64,000 bases of DNA from positions 13,020,001 to 13,084,000 of the forward strand of contig NC_090415.1 in assembly GCF_036365525.1 (NCBI RefSeq), read 5' to 3'. Each line of letters begins with the position of its first letter. Positions within the stretch are counted from its first letter, which is position 1. Both the position numbers and the translations under genes were made by a program. The DNA comes from Heterodontus francisci. Taxonomy: Eukaryota. Shown here in pieces: positions 1 through 12,024 of the stretch. The notes under the pieces are model-generated. The model ran no database searches and was not told the origin of the DNA. It saw nothing but the letters and a program-made list of their open reading frames with translations.

Positions 1-355
1 ATTAGTTGGTACAGTTTGCTGACCCACCTTTTTTTCCATGTTGGTACTTGTGGCTATTCAATTTTCATCCATTAACACCCTATCTGTGCTAATGCTTTGT
101 CTTTCAACACGCCATTAACATAATGTTTGCCTTTGCTCCATGACCTTCTGGTCAGCTATTCTGTGACGTTGTCCTTTCTACACCTTCTCCTTTGTTATCT
201 CTTGCCCCAGCGCCGGTTTACTTGCTTAAAACCTTTCACATTTCTAATATTTACCAGTTCTGAAGAAGGGTCACTGACCTGAAACGTTAACTCTGCTTCT
301 GTCTCCACAGATGCTGCCAAACCAGCTCAGTATATCCAGAATTTCTTGTTTTTAT
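1..355 (+). mobile_element. 3' end (pseudo-LTR region) of a Penelope-like element, from the preceding repeat unit
   Basis: Closely similar to 63640-63992 and to the reverse complement of ~43180-43545, both of which follow a GIY-YIG ORF; ends just before ATGAAAGATTTATA. Confidence 0.85.
256..292 (+). ncRNA. Minimal type I hammerhead ribozyme motif (Penelope-associated)
   Basis: AGTT-CTGAAGA-A-GGGTC ACT GACCT-GAAA-CGTT-AACT: CUGANGA and GAAA core, stem II hairpin, palindromic AACGTT stem III, AGTT/AACT stem I. Confidence 0.7.
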
Positions 356-839
356 TATGAAAGATTTATATAGTGGCAATTACATAATTCTGGCTGAAAC
401 TAGGCGAGGCAAGGGAACTTATTATTACTGGCTACAACCATTCAGGAAAGATAGGTCTGAAAACATATGGAGGATTGTGGAACGGAAAGAATTGATCAAA
501 TATAATATGATAACACTGGCAGGGATGACGTTTTGAGTTGTTAACAAAAGAATCGATTTGGTCATAGATGCGGAATATGGCAGGAGGAAGTGCATGGACA
601 TTCTGGGTCGTGAAATGTTTGTCCTTCCCTGCAGGACATGTGAGTGTGGGATTCATTCTGTGCCCATCAGTATGTGATATTTACCCGTGGCTTGTGAATT
701 TTATTCTGTATGCCAATTTCTGGTATGTGAGTGTGTGTTTTTTCTGTCCTGTCACTTTCTGCTGAACTGTATGGTGGATTTGCTTTGGATCTGTGAATTT
801 CTGCTATGTGAATGTTGGCTTTCCTTTACATTTGTCATA

Positions 840-3595
840 GAGTTATACAGCACAGAAACAGGCCCTTTGGCCCACTGTGTCTTTGCCTCCCATCAAGCAT
901 GAATCTATTCGAATCACATTTTCCAGCACTTGACCCATAGTCTTGTATGCTATGACGTTTCACGTGTTCATCGAAATCCTTCTCAAATGCTATGAGGGGT
1001 CCTGCCTCTACCAGCCCTTCAGGTAGTGTGTTCCAGATTCCAACCACACTCAGCGTGAAATATTTTCTCCTCAAGTCCCCTCTAAACCTGCTGCCCACTA
1101 CTTAAATCTATCTCCCCTGGTTGTTGATCCCTCCGCTGAGGGAACGTTTTCTTCCTATCTGTACTATCAATGTCCCGTGTAATTTTGTATACCTCAATCA
1201 GTTCCCCCCTCAGCCTTCTCTGCTCCAAGGAAAACAACCCTAGCCTCTCCAGTCTCTCTTCATAACTGAAATGCCACAGCCCAGGAAACATCCTGGTAAA
1301 TCTCCTCTGCACGCTCTCCATTGCAATCCCGTCCTTCCTTTGGTGAGTTGACCAGAACTGTACACAGTACTCCAGCTGTGGCCTAACTAGCATTTCATTC
1401 AGCTCCCTCATAACCTCCCTGCTCTTATATTCTATGCCTCGGCTAATAAAGACAAGTATCCCATATGCCTTCCTAACCACCTTATCTACCCGTGCTGCTG
1501 CCTTCAGTGATAGATGGACAAGTACACCAATGTCCCTCAGACCCTCTGTACATCTTAGGATCTGACCATTCATTCTATATTCTCTTGCCTTGTTAGGCCT
1601 CCCAAAATGCATCACCTCACATTTTCGCACTTCTCTGGATTAAATTCCATTTGCCACTGCCCCACCCATCTTACCAGCCCATCTATATCATCCTGTAATC
1701 TAAGGCTTTCCTCCTCACTATTTATGACACCAATTTTCGTGTCATCTGTGAACTTACTGATCATATCTACTACATTCACGTCTAAATCATTCATGTACAC
1801 TACAAACAGCAATGGTCCCAGCACCGATCGCTGTGGTACACCACTGGTCACAAACTTCAACTCACAAAAACAACGCTCGACCATCACCCTCTGCCTCCTG
1901 CCACTAAGCCAATTCTGAATCCAATTTACCAAATTGCCCTGGATCCCATGGGCTCTTACCTTCTTAACCAATCTCCCATGTGGGACCTTATCTGAAGCCT
2001 TACTGAAGTCCATGTAGACAACATCAACTGCCTTACCCTCATCTACACATCGAGTCACCTCCTCAAAAAATTCAATCAACTTAGTTAGACACTATATTTT
2101 TTCAAGTCACCTCCTCTCTCTGCTAATTATTCTTATTTTTTTTCCAAGTGCCACACCGAACCCCACCCCCCCCCCCCCCTTTACATTTTCTGTACTCCTC
2201 TCGGGCCTCCGCTGTTTTCTGTCCTAAGCCTCTTTTTTTACTTCTCCAATCCTCTATATCCCTTGACATCCAGGGTTCCCTGGATTTGTTGGTCCTACAC
2301 TTCACCTTTATGGGAACATGTTGGCCCTGAACTCTCATTATTTCCTTTTTGAATGACTCCCACTAGTCTGATGTAGACTTTCCTATAAGTAGCTTCTCGC
2401 AGTCCACTTTGGCCAGATCCTGTTTTATCATATTGAAATCGGTCTTCCCCAAATTGAGTACATTTATTTCAGGTATCTCTTTGTCCTTTTCCATAACTAC
2501 CTTAAATATTACAGAGTTATGGCCACTATCCCCGAAATGCTCCCCCACTGACACTCCTACCACTTGTCCGGCTTCACTCCCTAGGATTAGGTCGAGCACG
2601 GCTCCTTCTTTTGTAGGACTTTCTACCTGCTGGCTCAAAAAGATCTCCTGTATGAACTGAAGAATTCTGCATCCTTTAAGCCATTTGCACTAAGACGATC
2701 TAGGTTGATATTGGGTAAGTTGAAATCCCCTACAATTATTACCCTATTATTTTTACACCTCTCTGAGATTTGCCTACATATCTGCTCTTCTATCTCTCCC
2801 TGACTGTTTGGAGGCCTGTCGATCACTCCCAGCCAGGTGATTACCCCCCTTTTTGTATTTATGTTCTACCCATATGGATCATTTGAGGAATGTGTGAAGA
2901 TATCATCCCTCCTTATACAGTAATTGACTCCTTGATCAACAGTGCACTGCCACCTCCTATGTTATACCCTCCCCTGTCATGCCTGAAGTTTCTGGACCCT
3001 GGAATATTGAGCTGCCAGTCCTGCCCTTCCTTCAACCATGTCTCCGTGAAAACAATAATATCATATTCCCATGTGTTAATAAATGGCCTCAATTCATCTG
3101 CCTTACTAGTAAGATTCCTTGCGTTAAAATAGATGCAATCCAGCCTTGCATTGTTAGCTTGTGTCTTAACATGTCTGCCTTTTCTCTGCCTTGCAGACTG
3201 ACTCAGTTTCTCTTCTATATTTGACTGTACATCAACCCTTACTGCACGTCCCCTCTGTATCCCACCCCCTTGCCAAATTAGTTTACAACCACCACCCACC
3301 CCTCACCCCCCTCCCCCAAAAGCACGTGCAAACCTCCCAGCAAGGCTGTTGGTCCCGATCCAGTTCAGGTGCAATCTGTCCAACTTGTACAATTCCCACC
3401 TTGGCCAGAAACAGACCCAGTGATCCAGGAAATTAAAGCCCTCCCTCCTGCACTATCTCTTCAGCCACACATTCATCTGCTCTATCCTCCTATTCCTATA
3501 CTCACCTGCACGTGGCAGCGGGGGTCATCCAGCGATTACAACCTTTGCGGACCCCTTTTCTTTAATCTGCTACCGACCTTCCGAAGTTCATGTTG
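840..3595 (-). mobile_element. Decayed CR1-clade LINE (ORF1 esterase end, APE endonuclease, RT, 3' tail)
   Basis: ORF fragments with YFNARNL..TETWL, VGDFNLP, VYMDFSKA, GVPQ.SVLGP, SKFTDDTK and RPQLEYCVQFW; many frameshifts. Confidence 0.92.
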
Positions 3596-3599
3596 CATG

Positions 3600-4260
3600 A
3601 CCTCATCCCTCTTTGTACCTGTCAGTTTCTGGTATGGAATAAAGATCTTTACTCTGTACCTGCTAGTTGCTGGCAAGTAATTGTGGCATCAATCCATATC
3701 TGTCAGAGTGTGATGTTACTTCAGATTTTACTCTTCAGCTGTCAGTTTCTGACATGTGAATATGGATTTTCCTCATTCTGGTCACTTACTGCAATGTAAG
3801 TCACTCCTTTATTCTGTGCCTGTCAGTTTCAGGTCTGGAAGAAAGATTTTTTTCATTACCTTTTATAATCTGGCAAGTGAATGTGAGATCACCCTGTATC
3901 TGTCAGTTTGTGACATATGACTGTGACTTTTACTCTTCACTTGTCAGTTTCTGATACGTGAATGTGTATTTTATTCTGGGTACCTGTCAGATACTAAAAT
4001 GCAAGTATGTATTCTATTCTGTTCTTGTTTGTTACTTGTAATTAATTGGAGTGTTTACTCTTGATCTGTCAGTCTCTGGAATGTGAATGTGGCTCTTACT
4101 CTGTGTCTGTCTGTATTGGATTTGCCAGCAAGTGTTTTTCTTTCCTTTCTGTTCCTGATATGTGAATGTGAATTTTACTATGTACCTCTCAGTTACTGGT
4201 ATGTGATTGTGGTTTTATTCTGTCTCCATGAGCCTATGATTAATGATTGCAGCTTGTGTC
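3600..4260. repeat. Degenerate ~41-bp tandem satellite block
   Basis: Recurring TCTGTACCTGTCAGTTTCTGATATGTGAATGTGGATTTTAC-like units (e.g. starts at 3612 and 3653). Confidence 0.7.
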
Positions 4261-4422
4261 CAAGGCATGTCAGTATCTTGTTTGCACATGCCCATTCTTA
4301 TGTGCATGTTGCTTTATGGGAAATGACTAAAGGATTTACTCTTTTTTCTGCCATATTACTTCTATGGCTTCAAGGGCTGGTCAGAGACTGGGAATTCTAT
4401 GATGAGCAACTCATGTCCTAAC

Positions 4423-4683
4423 TTAGTTTAGTTTAGAGATACAGCACTGAAACAGGCCCTTCGGCCCACCGAGTCTGTGCCGAACATCAACCACCCATTT
4501 GTACTAATCCTACACTAATTCCATGTTCCTACCACATCCCCACCTGTCCCTATATTTCCCTACCACCTACCTATGCTAGGGGCAATTTATAATGGCCAAT
4601 TTACCTATCAACCTGCAAGTCATTGGCATGTGGGAGGAAACCGGAGCACCCGGAGAAAACCCACGCAGACACAGGGAGAACTT
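4423..4683 (-). mobile_element. V-SINE (HE1-like), 5' truncated
   Basis: V-domain plus CR1-type tail GGGCCGAAGGGCCTGTTTCAGTGCTGTATCTCTAAACTAAAC on the minus strand. Confidence 0.85.
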
Positions 4684-5095
4684 CCCAAAGTCTTTCCACC
4701 ACCTACAAGCCACAAGTCAGAATTCTGATGGATTACTCTCCACTTGCTTGGTTGAGTGTAGCTCTAAAAACACTGAAGAAGCTTGATACCATCCAGGACA
4801 AATCAGCAGGCTTGATTATCATACCATTCACCAGGTTATGCATTTACTCCCTCCACCCACCAGTGCACACTGTGTCCCATCTAAAAGATGTACTGCATCA
4901 ACCTGAGGAAGTACCGTACAACAACACCTTCCAAACCCATGACATCTGCTACTGACTGGAACATGGGCAGGAAGCTTATGAGAACATTACCACCTGCAAT
5001 TTCATCTCTAGTTTGCACAACATCCTGACTTCAAAATATAACACCATTCCTTCATCATCACTCAGCCCAAATTCTGGAACTCCCTGCCAATCACC
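4684..5095 (+). mobile_element. 3' fragment of the second LINE family (same family as 18590-20655)
   Basis: YKPQVRILMDYSPLAW...KKLDTIQDK matches MMEYSPLAWMCAAPTTLKKLDTSQD at 20150. Confidence 0.75.
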
Positions 5096-5536
5096 ACTTT
5101 TATGAATGACATTCATTCTGTAGCTGTTCATCAATGGTACAGTCTGAGTGCAGAACGTATTCTGCATCTGCCACTCTGATGGACAGGATCTGTTTGTTTA
5201 TTTGTAAGGAACAATGCAGGAACTCTTTCACACCTAGATCTGTCCAAATATCTGTCCCTCTTTGTATGGTATGTGTGTGAGGGATTCATTCTTTATCTCA
5301 GAATGTGGAATGTGACTATATTTATCTCTGTCACTTACTGATATGTGCATGTGCACTTTTCACTCTACCTGCCAGCTTCTGATGTGAGTGGATTTTTTTA
5401 TGTACCTGTCATTTACTGATGAATTGAACGGTGGTTTTGGTTTGAATCGCTCACTTTCTGTTACGTGAATATGAGTATTCCTTCGTACTTGTCAATTACT
5501 GGTATTGAAGTAAGATCTTTAAACTGCACCTAATAC

Positions 5537-5776
5537 AAAGCAAAATACTGTTAATGCTGGAAATTGGAAATAAAAGCAGAAAATTCTGTAAATACACAGC
5601 AGGACTGCCAGCATCTGTGGAGACACAAACAGAGTTAGCCTTTCAGGTCAATGACCTTTCATCAGAAAGGTCTGTCCTGATCAAAGGTCATTGACCTGAA
5701 ATGTGAACGGAATTTCTCTCTCCACAGGTGCTGCCAGACTTGCTGAGTATTTCCAGCATTTTCCATTTTCATTTAC
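5537..5776. mobile_element. Head-to-head inverted pair of Penelope terminal fragments (~240-bp palindrome) with a hammerhead-like core in each arm
   Basis: Left arm is the reverse complement of the right arm around ~5670; orthologous copy at 31368-31556. Confidence 0.7.
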
Positions 5777-5779
5777 ACT

Positions 5780-6640
5780 GTACATGGAGATGTACATGTT
5801 CTGGCAAGTGAATGTGGGATCAATATTTAACCTTTCAGTTCTGATATGCAAATGAGGATTTTACCCAGCATGTTGTCAGTTCCTGCAGTGCAATTATCTG
5901 ATTTATTCTGTAACTTTATGATTGTGGTAATTGATTGTGGGTTTGACCCTACATCTACCAGTCTCTGTAATGTGAATGTGGCTATTACTCTGTATTTATC
6001 GGTGTACAATTTGTGAGTGTGTGTTTTGCTCTCTGTGTCTCTTTCTGACATGTAAATGTGGATTTTGCTATGTACCTCAGTTACTTTATGTGTATGTGCT
6101 TCATTCTGTTTCTGTCCATCTGTGGTGAGCTTCACATTTTCCCTGTACCTATCAGCATCACACTTCTTTGTATGGCCATTATTCTGCACTTGTTGGTTTA
6201 TGGTAGTGCTTGAATTACTCTTTCCCTCTCATTCCCTGATATGCTACTGTAAATTTTCCTCTGTACTTGGAAGATTCCACTCTGTGATAATGTTGTTTCT
6301 CTGTCTGTCTGCGTCTGGTATGCTATTGTAAGATTCACTGTGTGCCCATCAGCTTCTGGTATTTAATTATGGAGTTCACATTGTAACATTCAATTTGATC
6401 TGTGTGAATCTGCTTCTACCTTGAACTGACAGTTTCTATTCTGTGAGTGTACATTTGCAAGTGCGCTTGTTAATTTCTGCTAAATAACTGTTTGTTTTAC
6501 TCTGTGCATGTCAGTTGCTGCAATGGGAAGATGGGAAAGGTTTTTAATTCTGAAAATGGCAATTACCGATACGTAAATGTGGGTTTTACTCGGTAACTCT
6601 CATTCTCTGGTATTTGAGTTTGTTTCTTTTTATTCTGGTT
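5780..6640. repeat. Degenerate ~41-bp satellite block
   Basis: Same T/G-rich unit; orthologous to 31557-32320. Confidence 0.65.
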
Positions 6641-6644
6641 AGCT

Positions 6645-8822
6645 GTCACACTCACTTCTCTGAAGTAAACATCTCATGAACCGTCTCCAACACATTTACT
6701 TCCTTCATTAAATAAGGAGTCCAAAACTGCACACAGTATTCTAGATGTGGTCTCACCAATGCCCTGTATAACTGAAGTACAACAGGCGTATTTTCATTTT
6801 CAATTCCTCTCGTAATACTGGATAGCATTCCATTTGCCTTCCTTCTGTCTTGCTGTAACTGCACACTAACTTTTTTGACTCATGCACTAGAACACCTAGA
6901 TCCCTCTCCAGAATTCTGCAGTCGCTCAGCACTGAAGTATTTTTTAATCTTCCTGACAAAGTGAACAACTTCCCATTTTCGCACATTGTACATCATCTGC
7001 CAGATTTCTGCCCACTCACTCAACCTACATATATCAGTCTTCAACTTCCTTATGTCCTCCTCACTACATACATTCCTACCTATCTTTGTTTCATCTGCAA
7101 ATTTAGCTGCCATGTCATCACTCCCCTCATCTACGTCATTGATATAAATTGTAAAAAGTTGAGGCCCCAGCACTCGTCACATCCTGCCAATCAGAAAAGG
7201 GCCCATTTCTTCATTCTCTGTGTTCTGCCAGCCAGTCAATCTTCTATCCATGCCAATATGTTACCCATGAGCTCCTACTTTGCACAATAACCTTTTATGT
7301 GGCAACTTGTCAAATGCCTTCTGGAAATCCAGGTACTGTCTGTCAAACAGGTTCCCCTTTATCCACAGTGCATGTTAGTCCTTCAAGGAACTTCAATAAA
7401 TAGGTTAAACATGATTTCCCCTTCACAAAACCATGTTGACTATTCCTGATGACCTTATGTTTCTCAAAATGCCCAGCTATAGCCTCCTCATCGATCAATT
7501 CTACCACCTTCCTCATGACAGGGGTCAAGCGAACTGGCCTATAGTTAATGTTAACTTTGCATCTCTCTCCACAGATGCTGCCAGACCTGAGTATTTCCAG
7601 CACTTTTTGTTTTGTTTCAAATTTCCAGCATCTGCAGTATTTTGCTTTTATATTACTGTAGTTACCCTGTCTCTGCTTCCACACCTTCTCGAATAGAGGG
7701 ATTATATTTTCTACTTTCCAGTCTGATGTAACCCAGTTCACTTCAGCTAGCTCAACTTTCATGCCCACATAGCTGTCCTTATTTAAGTTTAAAATACTAG
7801 TCTTAGATCCACTCCTCTCATTTTCAAACTGGATGTAAACCTCAATCATATTGTGATCATTGCTACCAAGAGGTGCAGATACTCTGAGGTCATTAATTAA
7901 TCCTGTCAAATTACACAATACCAAGTCTAATATAACCTGCTCGCTGGATGGTTCTAGAAGATGCTGCTCAAAGAAACTATTTCGAAAGCATTCTATGAAA
8001 TCCTCATACAGGCTTCTGTTACCAATCTGATTTTTTCCAGTTTTTATGAAGATTAAAATCACCCATGATTATTTCCATCCCTTTATCACAAGCACCCATT
8101 AGTTATTCTTGTAGACTTCATCCTACATTGTGATTACTGTCTGCGGGCCTGTAGACTACTCCCACTAGTGCCTTTTTTCCCTGACTGTTCCTCATCTCCA
8201 CCCAAACCAATTCTACATACTGATCTCCTGAACCAAGGACATGTCTAACTATTGCACTAATGCCATCCTTGATTAACAGTGCCACCCCTCCAACTTTACC
8301 TAGCTTCCTATTCTTCTTGAATGTTACACATCCCTCAATATTGAGGACACAATCCTTGTCATCCTGCAGCCATGTCTCCATAATGGCTATTAGATCATAT
8401 TTATTTACTTCAACATGTGCTATCAGTTTCTTTACTTTGTTATGAATGCTCCGTGCATTCACATACAGAGCCTTTAGTTTTATCTTTTTATCCTTGTAAC
8501 ATCTAGTGTTGACTGTTGGTCTGCTCTTAGTTTTTTTTTCCTCTGTGTCCCTTCCTGTCATTCTCTGGCTTTCATTTCCCCGGTTTCTATTCTGTTTTCC
8601 TGCCTTGACTTTATCCCTTGGTTTGTTACATCTGCTAAAGCTTGTTCCCCTCCCCCTTTGTTTAGATCAAGTACCTCTCTACATCCCTAGTTATATGGTT
8701 TTCTCGAACACTGGTCACAGCTTGGTTCAGGTATAGACTGTCCGAATGGTACAGCCTCCACTTTCCCTAGTACTGGTGCCAGTGCCCCACAAACTGAACC
8801 TGACTTCTCCCACACCAGTCTT
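6645..8822 (-). mobile_element. Decayed CR1 LINE carrying a short Penelope-terminus insertion at ~7547-7655
   Basis: LYVNARSI..METWL, VILDLVLCN, KFADETKIG, RPHLEYCVQFW; insertion flanked by CTATAGTTA/CTGTAGTTA. Confidence 0.9.
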
Positions 8823-8869
8823 GGCAGGTGTAAATTTCACTGTTAATCTCTCAATCCCTAGTCTACAAT

Positions 8870-10650
8870 TTACCTCTGTTATTTTCGGATTTTGAGTGTG
8901 GCTTTATCTGTACCTGTCAGTTTGTTTTGTGTGAGTAACGCCTTATTCAGTACCTTTCAGCTTCAGTTGTGTGTGTGTTCTGGCTTGTAATTTGTCCCCC
9001 TCAGTATATGGTATGTGAGAGTGGATTTGACAGTTAATATTACATTCTTGTGTATATGAGTGGGAGTTCAAACTTTATCTTTGATTGTCTAGTAGCCAAT
9101 TTAAGGTTTAACCTGCGCCCTTAAATGTCTCATGTGTAGCTGTGGTTTTTAACCTGTCTCTGTCACTGTCTGATATAAGAGTAAGGGTTTCAGTCTGGTT
9201 TTTGAGTGTGGATTTTCCACCACATCTCTACATTCTCTCGGATGTGAATGTGAATTTTAATCTATACATGCCAGTTTCTGACATTTGGCTGTGAGATTTA
9301 CTTTGTACATTGTCATTCTCTGATATGTGACTGACAATTTTATTCTGAACATGTCAGTTTATATTCTATCTGTGTGAGTTTTAACCTGTATCTGTCAGTA
9401 TCTGATATCTGAATCTTCTTAATTATGTTTGTGTTGCTCTGTATCTGTCAGTGTCTGAAGTGCAATTGTCAGGTTTACTTTGTACCTGTCAGTGTCTGTT
9501 GTGGATGAGAGACTTTCACTCTCTAACTGTTAACTTCTTGCAATTCATTATTGATTTCACTCTGTGTTTGTCAGTCTCTGGTAGTTAAGTACAGCATTTA
9601 TACTGTATCTCCTCATTTCTGATATGTGGATGTAGATATTAATGTGTACCTGTTGGTTTCTCCTATGAGAGTCTGGGCTAAAATCAATTTCTGCCAGTTT
9701 CTCATATGTGAGGGTGGCATTTATTCTGTACCTGTTACTGTCTGAATTGTGAGAAGGTTTTAATCTTTCTCTGTCAGTTGCTGGTATGTTAATGTGGGTT
9801 CATTCTGGATCTTTCAATCTTTGGAATTTGAGTCTGTGCTTTACCCTATTTTGTTTCTGTTAAGTGAATGAGGGATTAAATTTGTACCTGCGCATTGATA
9901 GTAAATGAATGTAGTTTTTAGTCTGTACCTGTCAGTTTATGAAAAAATGAAGGTGGTTTTATTTCTCTATCTGCCAGATTCTGATATGTGACTGTTGTTT
10001 TATTCTGTACCTGTTATTTTCTGGGATATGATTGTGGTTTTTGATCTGTATCTGTCAGTTTCTATTACTTGAGTGAGTTTTACTTTGCACCAGTTGTCTT
10101 CTGGTATGTGTGTATCGGTTTTAAGCTGGACCCGTAATGTAAAGGTAATATAGTGTGGATTATTCTGTATCTTTCAAACTCTAGTGTATGACATGGGGCC
10201 TTTCTCTGAATCTGTTGATTTCAGCTCTGTAACTGTAAGTTTTAATCTGCAACTTACAGTTCCTGATAGGTGTGTGAGCTCATTTTCTTTTCTTCTGCAG
10301 CTATCAATGTCTGGTACAGAGGATGTGTGTTATTCTTATCTTTCAATTTCTGTCATTGAAGAATTGCTTTTCCTTTGAACTTCTCAGTCTCTGCAATGTG
10401 TCCATGGGTTTTACATGGTAACTGTCTCTGTTAAGTGACTCTGGTGTGATTCTCTATCTGACAGTCTCTTGCCTGTGAGTGGTTTTATTTTCTTCTCTGT
10501 AACTGTCAGTTTCCCTTCAGTGGCTGGAGGTTTTAATCTTCACTTAAACTCTTTAATAATTTGTAAATGTGAATTTCACTCTGTGTCTGTCTGTTTATAT
10601 TATATGAATGAGTTTATTTTCATTTTGTAATCATCAGTTTCAGGTATGTG
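8870..10650. repeat. Largest block of the degenerate ~40-42-bp satellite
   Basis: TCTGTAC-like anchors at 9725, 9764, 9804 and 9922, 9964, 10004, 10045. Confidence 0.75.
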
Positions 10651-11319
10651 AGGGTGAGATTCACTGTCTCCAGGATGCACCCTCTTGTGAAATTGACAGA
10701 CTGCCTTTTAATCTGATAGTGGGTTCTGCTTTTGAACTTTACCTAACTTTCAGCAGTATTGATTTGGAATGGATTGGATACAATGTCTGTCTCTTCTGCT
10801 TTGTTTGATTGCTGAATTGGAAATGTGTCTCTGAACTTGGGATCAGTGAGAGTTTCACTACATCTGCTCCTTGTGACTATGGAATGAAATGAAGGCCTAA
10901 AGGAGTGGTACTGTACCTTGTCAGTGATGGAAGGAGCCGACTGCACTTTCCCTTGTTCCTGGGAATCATCACATTCATTCTGCTCCCTTGAACTATTCAC
11001 CGACAGTAAGGAAGAAAACTATGTATTGTAAGTCACGAGCAGTTGAGGTGGAAGCTGGAAAAGAGATTAATGTAACATTTCAATTAATAATCATTATGAC
11101 TAATCACAAATGCTAACCAGAAATACAAAGAATATCACTGTCTGATTCCACTGCAGCTCTCAGCATCTGCTGACGAGGTGTCCTGGCAGTTCCATAACAA
11201 TTTTGAGACATCCAGAAACAAGCCAACATCTACACTGCTCCAAGGTTGGAACGATCTGATGGAGCAGGGATATTTGTGCAGGTCAGCTTTCTATTTCCAT
11301 CTGGCATTATAATATAATG

Positions 11320-11935
11320 ACCCAAGAACTAGGAGCATGAGTAAGCCATTCAGCCTCTCGCGCCTGATCCACCATTCAATAAGATCATGTCGAATTTGAT
11401 CTTGGCTTCATTTCCATTATCCTGCCTGGCCAATAACCCATTACTCCCTTGTAGATCAAAAGTTTAACTCATCCTTGAATATATTTCATTTTCCAGCCCC
11501 CACTACTCTCTGGTGCAGAGAATTCCATCGATTAATGACGCTTTGAGAGAAGAAATTCTTCCTTACCTCTGTCTAAAATGGTAGACCCCTTATTCTGAAA
11601 CTGTGCAACGTGGTTCTTGATTCCCTCAAGAGGGGAGTCATCTTCTCAGCATCTACTCTGTCAAGACCCCTCAGAATCTTACACTTTTCAATAAGATTAG
11701 CTCTGATTATTACGAACTCCAATGAGTGTAACACAACCTGCTCAACCTTTTGCTCATAAGACAGCCTCTTCATCTCAGGAACCAACTGAACGAATCTTGC
11801 CTGAACTGCATCCGATGCACATATGCACGAAGGAGACCACAACTGTATCCACTATTCCAGGTAATGTCTCACCAACACCCCGCAAATTTGTAGCAAAACT
11901 TTCCTCCATTTATATTCCAGCCCCCTTGCAGGTAA
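11320..11935 (-). mobile_element. CR1 LINE 3' fragment
   Basis: DAVQARFVQLVPEMKRLSYE..ILRGLDRVDAEK and CR1 tail; duplicated at 16295-16875. Confidence 0.85.
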
Positions 11936-12024
11936 TGTCAAAAGTTTTCACTATTCACTTTTCAATAACAACAAACAGCGTGAAACCGGAGCTAAACCAG
12001 GAACAAGCATTACAGGTTTGAGAA

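Larger units (their letters stand above)
7730..12022. repeat. Segmental duplication copy A (CR1 5' part + satellite + conserved module + CR1 3' part)
   Basis: Colinear with 12435-16970, with an extra SINE in copy B; near-identical ORF translations at 10743 and 15717. Confidence 0.85.

Noticed and set aside
4083-4421. Hydrophobic Cys/Phe/Val-rich ORFs in the spacers as membrane proteins
   Set aside because: Compositional artefact of the T/G-rich satellite strand.
8870-10650. 41-bp repeat as a CRISPR array or zinc-finger coding repeat
   Set aside because: Eukaryotic context, no unique spacers or cas genes, period not a stable multiple of 3, and no C2H2 pattern.
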